In this document: positions 54,302 to 64,000 of the stretch, one piece after another
Numbering within the stretch: position 1 is the stretch's first letter
Layout: every line of letters begins with the position of its first letter
Source of the DNA: Eledone cirrhosa
Lineage: Eukaryota
NCBI GenBank assembly: GCA_964016885.1
Contig: OZ024741.1
Span: 347,262,001 to 347,326,000, forward strand
Direction of reading: 5' to 3'
DNA: 64,000 nt
The notes under the pieces: model-generated
What the model saw: only the letters and a program-made list of their open reading frames with translations
The model's database searches: none
What the model was told of the DNA's origin: nothing
Translations under genes and position numbers: made by a program

Positions 54302-54534
54302 AACGAGTAGGTCCCCGATGGCTGAGCTCAAGCCGTTTAGACGGCTAAATCTGGACTTTGAGCTCAAGCCGTTTCGACGGCTAATTCTGGACTAAAAATC
54401 CAGAATTAGCCGTCGATATGGCTTGAACTCAGCCGTCGGGGTCCTACTCGTTCCTATTATCCACTCTACTACCCTAAGTATTGAGTACTTTGGTGCGTTA
54501 TGGTCCACCTGGTTCCTTACCACATTTCCTTCGT

Positions 54535-54536
<2 letters not shown>
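54298..54536. mobile_element. Fold-back PLE-derived insertion in (TA)n (family of 28544-28751)
   Basis: Same tail in the opposite orientation; the hairpin arm includes an extra ~35-bp duplication. Confidence 0.72.
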
Positions 54537-54588
<52 letters not shown>

Positions 54589-54653
54589 TTAGTTAAGCAA
54601 AACAAGACTTTAATTTAAGGAATGAGGCGAGTAAATATAGTTTAATGTAAGGA

Positions 54654-54676
54654 ATAATAATAATACTAATAATAAC

Positions 54677-54734
<58 letters not shown>

Positions 54735-55440
54735 GGGAAGAAGACGCACGTGGTGGTAGAAGGTCATGAAATCGCTCCCGTACGTTTTTGATTTTTAACA
54801 TATTTAAATCAATTGTGAAATAACAATTCTTAGTACAAATGATGCATAAACCACCGAATCAAGTCACATAAAATTTCTGATCCATAATATATTGTTATAT
54901 CGCTCAAATATTCAGTTTTGTATTATATATTTTATATTCAAAAAAGAAAATGGTTATAAATGGAAGAAAACCCCCTCTGTCTACACTATATAGAACAGCC
55001 AAATAACAGCAATTTCACCAACACAAGAAACTTGATACACCACTTACCCCATCACCCTGCTGTGTACACTAAATATAACAGCCAGATAACGGCAATTTCC
55101 CCACCACCACCACCAATCCCAGCATCATAATAATAATTACGATTATTATTGTCTCAAGTTTTAACAAAATGTTTAATTCCAATTTTACGGGAATATGTCA
55201 ACACATATATTAAACATACGCGACACAAACGCATAGATACTACAGATCAAACAAAACTAGTCTATTCAACACATATATTAAACATACGCGACACAAACGC
55301 ATAGATACTACATATAACAAAAAACTAGTCCACTCAACAAAACTCAGTAACGACAACGCCACCACTCCATCCATCATTGCTACCACTATCCCATCACCGC
55401 CGCCACCACTCTTTCATTGCTACCACCACTATTCCCCTGT
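54654..55440. repeat. ~750-bp dispersed repeat starting at (TAA)n, copy 1
   Basis: Homologous to 59744-60465 (gggaagaa..acgcac..ggtagaaggtcatgaaatcgctcccgta...); internal ~70-bp tandem at 55198-55340. Confidence 0.8.
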
Positions 55441-55789
55441 TAACTTAAGAAAGGGGGAGGTGGCGGTATCACTAGACAAGGGAGAGGCTAGCAAAAGATA
55501 TAAATAGATTGACTTAGTGACCTGGCCACCGGCCAAACGCCAACAACTATGGCACTGCTGGCTCCCCCCTTCCTCACCAAAAATATAAAAAGCCCCGGCA
55601 CCACCACCGACATAATCAACAACAATAACAGGCAACTTCAGCAAAAAGTATATTATATTATTGTAATGCACTGGGTGATTGCTGGCCTTGTGCCTGGAGT
55701 GGAGACAATTATTAATAATTTCATTCTTAAGCCACGCAATGCACACATTAAGGAACCACTCATGATAATAACAATTTAAAAAAACAACA

Positions 55790-58700
55790 AAAAAGAAAAG
55801 CCCGTGACCAAGAAATACCGGGATGGCAGCCGGCGAGGAATAGCCGTGTCTCTAGGGGAGAACGACCCCTCTAGTCTTGGTTGACACTCGTTCTAGAAGT
55901 GGTAACACGAAATGATTACCCCTTGGCGGAAAGGATAAAACGCGACAAAATAAAGTAAATGTCTAATGATAAAATCTCATACCGGATCGGCGGTCACCCG
56001 GGTAAAAAAGGGCCGCGTCCCTCAGAGAGGAACCAGACTGGGGTCGAAAAATCAGCTAATGGTTCAAACCTTCCCATCACTTCGGAGCTGGAGACCTCTC
56101 ATAACCGGAATAGTCCTACTGTTGGCCCCCCCATGCTCACCACCAAGAAATCCAAAGAAAAAGAGAGAAAAATGGTCAAGGGAAGATAATAAAGAAGTCC
56201 TTGAGGCTTTCTACACTGCCATGTACTACCCATCAAATACATCGAATACAGAACAGACATATATCAACTGAAAAAAGACACATCCCGAAAACACAGGCTA
56301 TATTGACACTAACAAACTAGCCAATATACGAAGAAATATTGTAAAAAAAAAGTTACTAACTGATATAGAAATTGATCAGATCAAGCTATTAGCACAAAGT
56401 CAGCGAAGGGAAAATTAAACATGTGTCAGTGAAAACGAGGTAAATTGTAACAATTTGAATCCCTGGGTTGGGGCGGAATCACTGGCAACAGAACAAATTA
56501 AAGAAAGGATCGAAAAAGTGGAGGGAGTGCATGCTCAGAATGAAACTCCAAATGAAAATAATGAGATCGTAAATGATAAAGAAATGAATGAGAATGAACT
56601 TGCCAACTTGAAGGATGAAATTATGATCGAATGGATGAAAATGAAAGAATCTGACATGGGGCAACGAGACAACCTCCCTAAGATCCAGAACTCCAAACAG
56701 AACCAAAAGATAATACACAATACTAACATAATTCTCAAAAACATTATCATCACAAACAAACTAAACATTACTGATTTAAATCATTTCTATTATGCATCCG
56801 CTAAAGTCACCACTCACTTATGTGGAATGAAGATGAAAAAACAAAGGAATTCCCACAAGAAATCTACTTGGCAAGAGAACATCAATCGCCAAATAAACCT
56901 TCTCCGATCTGACATAGAAATTTTAACAAACTCTAAAGTAGGTGAACATGTTAAACAAACTAAACTTAGAAAATTGAAAAAAAAGTACAGTATAAAATCA
57001 ACATGTGACATAGACATGCTGATAGAAATAATCAAGCAAAAAGTATCGGCCAAAGCTGCTCGTATAAGGCGCTTTGAGAAACGATCTAGATTCTATTAGA
57101 ACAATAATTTGTTCAAAAACAACCAAAGAAACTTCTACAGAAAAATTGGTGAGTCAACAATAACTGCTACATCAATACCACCCAAGCAGGAAGTGCAAGA
57201 ATTCTGGGAAAAGATCTGGGCCGAAGAAAAAGTTCATAACATACATGCCCCATGGATAGACAGACAAATGAAAGATACAGCTAACCTTGAGGAACAAATA
57301 TGGGAAAATATAACAGTTGAACAGTTGCGCTTGGCTCTAAGAAAAACCAGCAAATGGAAATCCCCAGCTAAAGACAAAATACAAAATTTTTGGATAAAAG
57401 CCTTCACAGAGTTTCATGAGCTGTTAGCCCAACTTTACAATGAAATAGTTAAGGAGCCAGAAAAGATACCATCATGGCTAGTTAACGGCATTACATTCCT
57501 GCTTCCGAAGAATGATGAGACAAACAATCCCAAAAATTACAGACCGATAACTTGCTTGACCACAATGTATAAAATTTTAACATCAGTCCTAACTGAATAC
57601 ACATATGACCACCTGATAACAAATGACCTATTTCCCAATGAGAAGAAAGGGTGTAAACGAGGCTCGTATGGCTGTAAGGATCAGCTTTTGGTTAACAAAA
57701 TTATACTGGAAGATTGTCATAATAGACACAAAAATCTATCAATTGCTTGGATAGATTACAAAAACGCATTCGATAGTTTGCCACACAGTTGGATTCAAAA
57801 ATGTTTAGAGATTTTCAAAATATCCCCCGTTGTCAGAAGGTTTTTGTCATTCAGTATGAAGACATAGAAAACAACACTCCTTTTGAATAGTGAAACAAAA
57901 TCACTGGTAGCTGGAGAAGTTAATATTAATTGTGGAATTTTTCAGGGTGACTCTTTATTACCGCTTTTATTCTGCATCGCGCTTATACTATTAAGTAAAA
58001 TGCTCAATGAAACAAAACATGGATATAAAGTCTATGACAAAACCATTAATCACTTGTTCTACATGGATGACCTGAAACTATTTGCAAAAAATGATGAACA
58101 ATTGCAAGGGCTATTATCCACTGTGAAGCAGTTCAGTGATGACATTAAAATGGAGTTTGGACTAGATAAATGCGCCAAAGCAACGTTCACCAGAGGAAAG
58201 CTGCTGAAGAGTTCAGACATTATTCTTGATCGGGGGAACGTTATAAGAGAACTTGATCAAGAAAAAACTTACAAATATCTAGGTGTTTGTGAAGGAGACG
58301 GAATCAAGCAATCGATAATGAGGGAAAGGACAAGGAAGGAATGTTACCGCAGAGTAAGAGCAATCTTAAGAACGTATTGAATGCAAGGAATAGGATCGAT
58401 GCCATAAACACGCTTGCCCTACCAGTAGTAACCTACAGTTACAATGTCATCAACTGGTCAAGCACAGAGATCCGTAGGCTCGATACAAAAATTCGAAAAT
58501 TCTTAACCATGCACATAATGCATCACCCTAAGGCAGATATAGATAGAATATATCTCCCTAGGAAAGAAGGAGGACGTGGGTTAATCCAGTTAGACATTGC
58601 GTTGAAAACTGCAACAATTGGATTATCTACATATCTAAGGGATTGGATGATCAAACTCGTTTTGTAACATGAAAATATCAAAAGATCATATTCCATTACA

Positions 58701-59742
58701 AAAGATGTACAAAGATACAGTAATGGACTACAAATTTCAGAAGTCCCATTTACTACTGAAATGGAAAACACAGAAAAAGCAAAGCAGGTAAAAGTAACTG
58801 CAAAGAAAGAACTGCTACAGAAACTGGCTAAGAAATGGCAAGAAAAGCCTCTGTATGGAAAATACCCAGAACGAGCTAACAATCCTGATGTTTACAAAAC
58901 TTTAACCCATCAGTGGTTGGCATCCTCTGGACTGAAATCGGAGACTGAAGGACTGATTATATCAGCACAAGATCAGTGTCTGCCAACAAAAAATTACCAA
59001 GCCAACATAATAAAAAATGGATGCAGCCCATTATGCCGTGTATGCAAAAAACAACCAGAGACCATTGACCATATAATTTCAATGTGCAGTCCTATAGCTC
59101 CAACCGAATACCTAAACAGGCATGACAGAGCTGCACAATAGATACATTGGATAATGTGTAAGCATTTTGACCTGCCCCATCAAAAGAATTGGTGGGAGCA
59201 TCAACCACCTCCCATACTTGAAAAAGATCACATCTCAATCTTGTGGAACTTTAGCATCCAAACAGACCGAAAAATAGATGCAAATAGACCTGATATAATA
59301 TTGAAGGACTTTCAAAAGAGGGTATGCCTGCTAATTGATATGTCTGTTCCAATAGACAAGAATGTATCTATAAAAACATTTGAAAAATTGAGCAAGTATG
59401 AGGACCTGGAGATAGAAATTGGAAAAATGTGGAAATTGAGAACTAAAACAATACCAGTGGTTGTAGGCGCTCTGGGAATGATACCTAAGGGGTCTAATGA
59501 TTACTTATCGCAAATCCCAGGAAACCCGCGTATAGGAGAAATACAAAAGATAGTACTAATGGGAACTGCCCATATACTAATGAAAATTCTGTCAATGTAA
59601 GTACATCACAAGTCTAAACACTAAAGATGCAGGTGTGAGTATGTATGTTCTTTCTTGAACATGGCGGACCTTGTTGTCTCTTGAGGTCACTGGTTGTGAC
59701 TTGTGATAACTCGTATGAACATAAAGCAAGATAAATGCAACT

Positions 59743-59745
<3 letters not shown>
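55790..59745 (+). mobile_element. R4/Dong-clade non-LTR retrotransposon, near full length, several stops and frameshifts
   Basis: RT: NYRPITCL, AWIDYKNAFDS, GIFQGDSL, HLFYMDDLKL. Zinc knuckle CRVC...HIISMC, RHD, RLE endonuclease RPDIIL...KLSKY. The 3' end abuts (TAA)n. Confidence 0.93.
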
Positions 59746-59774
<29 letters not shown>

Positions 59775-60465
59775 TATAATAATAATAATAAGGGAAGAAT
59801 ACGCACCTGATGGTAGAAGGTCATGAAATCGCTCCCGTAAGTTTTGAATTTTTAACATATTTAAATCATTTGTGAAATAACAACTCTTAGTACAAATGCT
59901 ACGTAAAGCATCCGGCGTGAGCCCCAAAAAATTCGGACCCAAAATATATTGTTATAAGGCTCAGATATTCAAATATTTAACTTTGTATCGTACATTGTAT
60001 ATTCAAAAAAGAAAATGGCTATAAATGGAAGAAGAACCCCCCCCCCCCGCCTCCTCCTCTGTCTACACTATATAGAACAGCCAAACAACACCAATATCAC
60101 CAACACCAAAATCTAGATACACCACCTACCCCATCACCTCTCTGTGTACACTAAACACAACAGACAGATAACGGCAATTTTACCACCACCACAACCAATC
60201 TCAACATAATAAGGATAATAATAAATACTAATATTATTGTCCCAAGTCTTAACAAAATGTTTAATCCCAACATTAAGGGAATTTAGGTCAACACATATAC
60301 GCGACTAACCCCATAGATTCACCGAACGGACATCAGTCCTTCATTGCTACCACCGCTACAACACCATCACTACAGTAATACGACCACATCACCACCACCA
60401 CTGCCTCGGTATCGACATCACCACCACCACTGTCTCAGTATCGCTACCGCCGCTATTATCTCCCA
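59744..60465. repeat. ~750-bp dispersed repeat starting at (TAA)n, copy 2
   Basis: Diverged direct copy of 54654-55440. Confidence 0.8.
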
Positions 60466-60819
60466 TTGCTTCCTGGTAGTTGCTGCCACCACATTATAGA
60501 ATTCCTACTAAAAAAGAAGGCATCAAAATATATAGATACACTCAAAAGAAAAAAGAAAAAACAAGCATCAAAACCAAAGCAGCACAGCAACAACAGCAAA
60601 AAACGAGAAAAACAAACACAGAAACCCCCCCCCCCCAAAAAAAAAAAAAAACGTAGAGAAAATAAGAATGAAGAGAGAAACAAGCGGACGGACAGAGAAG
60701 AGAAGGGAAAAACTAAGTCAGATATTCGAACACTACATTACAATGAAACTTATGCTTATTCATTTTTGGTTTTTTTTCTGCCTGTGTGTTTGTTTGTTTA
60801 TTTCTGTTCGTCTACAGCG

Positions 60820-63800
60820 TGGTGATAATTCCACACAAGAGCCAAGTGGAGCGGCGCAACCACCGGAGACGGTGAATCCACAGATGGCTATGTAACCATA
60901 CATTCGCCAATCCTCGATAAGAGTGTTTAAATATCGAACATAAACAGTTCGAATAACGGTGAAATGGAGACTAGAACGTCATGTGACAGACTCTCACCCA
61001 ACAGGTGCTCCCTGGCTCAGCAGCAGGAACCTGACTGTCAACCAAATACTGCTGGTGTTGGAGGAAGAAGAAGAAGGAAAGGGGCCAGAACCAACTGGAC
61101 GAAAGAATTGAATAGAACTGTTATGCAATGTTACCTGAAAAGTAACCCCAAGGAGAGGGGCTATAGGAGACGGATGCATAACATCTGGAACGAGATTGGT
61201 CTATTTAAATTAGATGAACAAAAATTGGCCGGGCAGGCTCGGGTAATAAGAACTAATGGGTGGTTAAGCGAGCTGGAACTGGAAGAACTGAGCAGAGAGA
61301 ATAGCTTGGAGATGGAGGGTGTAGTATGCCAGACAAAACGAGCCAGTGGGAAATGAAGGTGAAGTGGTCGAGAGAACGGAGGAACCACCTGAAGCAGACA
61401 ATGATCTGAATACTGAGATAAATAATACCTGGAACAGAGATACGGCCACTGAGGAGATGAATGCTGACGGGCTAGGACAAGATTCGGTTGACATCCTAAA
61501 TTTAGTGGTAGATGAATTGAACAATGATAGTGGGAGACCTATGAACCTAAGATTTGTAGACAGGAAAAAAGTTAAAAGAAACAACAGCTAAGGTAAACAA
61601 TGTCATCCCATACCATGAGGCGAGGATCCTTCACCAGTGCAACAATATCCTCAAAGCAACAGCAAATACGGTGAGGAAACTACTTGGTATAAAAGCGAGA
61701 GGAAACAACAGACAAGAAAGAGCAGAGCCTTGGTGGAAGAAACGACTGAGTGGTCAAATCAAGGAAATAAGAAATGACATAGGAAAGCTTGAGTCACTAC
61801 TGAATGGGACACTAAAAAACATAGGCACTAAAAATAGATTGGAAATAAAGTACAAAACTAGGAGGAAAAAGCTAAATATTATCATAGAGGAACTGAAGCA
61901 ACGCATTGTAGCAAAGAGTGCAAAAATCAGGCGATACGAGAACAGAGACAGTCAGTATAAACAGAACCGCATGTTCAACAACAACCAGAAGATGCTGTTT
62001 GGACAGCTTGAGGGGAAAGAAAGAGGCAACGACTTGATCCCTGAGGCGGAACAAACTAAAACATTCTGGAGAGGAATATGGGAGCAGGATGTTAAACATA
62101 ATGACCAGGCAGTGTGGATTGAGACAGTACAGAGGGAGATCGGTGAGCAGGCACAACAACAAACTGATTTGAGTATCACAGTTGAAACTCTTAAGGGGCA
62201 GGCCAAAAAACTAACCAACTGGAAATCACCAGGCCCAGATGGTGTGCAGGGGTATTGGATTAAAAATTTAACATCCCTCCACCCGAAACTGACAGCCATG
62301 TTCAATGACTGCTTGGTGTCGGGTGAGCTGCCAGAGTGGTTGACAAAAGGTACCACAGTTCTGATAATGAAACACCGAATCAAGGGTAATGATGTTACCA
62401 ACTATAGACCTATCACATGTCTGTCCGTAATGTGGAAACTGTTGACAAGCATTGTGTCTGAGGAAATCTACCATCACCTCCACACAAACAACTTGTTACC
62501 GGACGAACAGAAAGGATGCCGAAAGAAGTCACGTGGTACAAAGGACCAGTTACTTATTGATAAGATGGTAATGGGGAATTGCAGGAGGAGACACACTGAT
62601 CTTGCCATGGGATGGATAGACTACAGAAAGGCATTTGACATGGTGCCTCATTCTTGGATCACCAAAAGCCTGGAGATCTTCAAGGTGGCAGATAACATCA
62701 GACAGTTGCTGGGCAGGAGTATGGGGTCCTGGGAGACAGAGTTGACATCAACTGGAGAATCCTTGGGAAGCTTGAAGATCAAGAGAGGTATCTTCCAGGG
62801 AGATAGCCTGTCCCCTCTGTTGTTTGTCCTTGCCCTGATGCCCTTGACCATTATGCTGCGAAAAGTGATAGCAGGATACAAGTTGGGAAAGGGAGAACTT
62901 ACCATCAGTCACCTCGTCTTCATGGACGATATTAAGCTCTTCGGGAAGAGAGAGAAGGAGATGGATGTGCTTGTTGACACTGTCCGTTATTTCAGCAGTG
63001 ATATATGTATGCAGTTTGGTATTAGTAAGTGTGGAGTCATTTTGATGAGGAGCGGTAGGTTGAGCAGAAGTAACGGAATCCAGATACCAACAGGTGAGAT
63101 GATAAAGGAAATTCACTCTGAGGAAGGATACAAGTATTTGGGCGTTCTGGAGGCTGATGGCATAAAGAACAAAAAAATGAAGGAATTGTTAAGAACTGAA
63201 TACATTCGGAGAATAAGGAGCGTATTGAAGTCACATCTGAACAGCAGAAATTCCATAAGCGCAGTAAATTCCCGAGCTGTGTCTATTATTAGGTACAGTG
63301 CGGGAATTCTGAGATGGAATGTTACTGAACAAAAAGAAATGGATAGGAAGACTAGAAGCTATTGACTATCTACAACATGTTCCACAAGAGGAGTGATGTC
63401 GATAGACTCTACCTAAGGAGATCTGAGGGTGGGAGAGGTCTTATCAGCATAGAGGACTGTGTTCAGATGGAGAAAAACAACCTATACAAATACGTGACTG
63501 ATAGTAAGGAGCCAATGCTCAGAACTGTACTGAAGGAGGGGAAAATAGGCCAGGGGATATCCAAGGAGGAAATAACATCAAGGAGTAAGAGCAGCCTTCA
63601 GGGAAAATCCCTTCATAGTACCTTCTTTGAGAAAACTGAATTTAGAGATCCACAGACATGGAACTGGTTGAGAAGAGGAGACCTCAAAAAGGCTACAGAA
63701 GGAATGTTAATGGCTGCGCAGGAGCAGGCCCTCAAAACGAAGTGGTTGAAACACAATATTTACAAGGAGGAGGCTAGCCCACTGTGCAGGATCTGTGGAG

Positions 63801-64000
63801 AGAGAGAGGAGACCGTGGCTCACATTGTATCCGAGTGTAAACACCTAGCCCAGACCCACTATAAGGGCTGGAGACATGATGTGATGGGCAGGGTGATCCA
63901 CTGGCACCTGTGCAAAGTAAACAATTTACCACATTCTGAGAAATGGTATGAGCATAGGCCAGAGGCGGTGATGGAGAACGATCAGGTGAAGGTGCTGTGG
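60820..64000 (+). mobile_element. Second R4/Dong-clade non-LTR retrotransposon (distinct family), runs off the window
   Basis: N-terminal WTKELN..GYRRRMHNIW; RT SPGPDG, NYRPITCL, WIDYRKAFD, GIFQGDSLSP, FMDDIKL; CRICGEREETVAHIVSEC and RHD near 63.8-63.9 kb; frameshifts near 61350, 61590 and 63360. Confidence 0.93.

Noticed and set aside
59795-59845. cctgatgg...gaaa in the 750-bp repeat as an HHR
   Set aside because: The core is wrong, not conserved in the other copy (cgtggtgg), and lacks stems.

Overview
AT-rich eukaryotic (animal) DNA packed with microsatellites and retroelements. The SINE and microsatellite content resembles a cephalopod (Octopus-like) genome, which is an inference. No host protein-coding gene is recognisable, and most short ORFs in the track are microsatellite artefacts. 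The window holds a near full-length L1/Tx1-clade LINE (~9.16-14.66 kb, minus), two R4/Dong-clade LINEs (55.8-59.7 kb and 60.8 kb to the window end, plus), at least six Penelope-like element (PLE) remnants (mostly Naiad-type), degenerate CR1/RTE-like fragments and many tRNA-derived SINEs. The hidden layer is about 20 type I hammerhead-ribozyme (HHR) motifs from roughly nine families, read by eye. Many have non-canonical cores (U3-A8 covariation, C4, A4, C6) or very long stem II inserts. The top candidate is a near-identical, non-coding 591-bp tandem and inverted array (14657-16834) with one U3-A8 HHR per unit, i.e. a retrozyme-like, possibly circular-RNA-producing element. It is fused in sense orientation to the 5' end of the Tx1 LINE, 9 nt short of the ribozyme cleavage site. 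A second ~423-bp retrozyme-like element starts exactly at its HHR cleavage site. All RNA structures are manual predictions and are untested.
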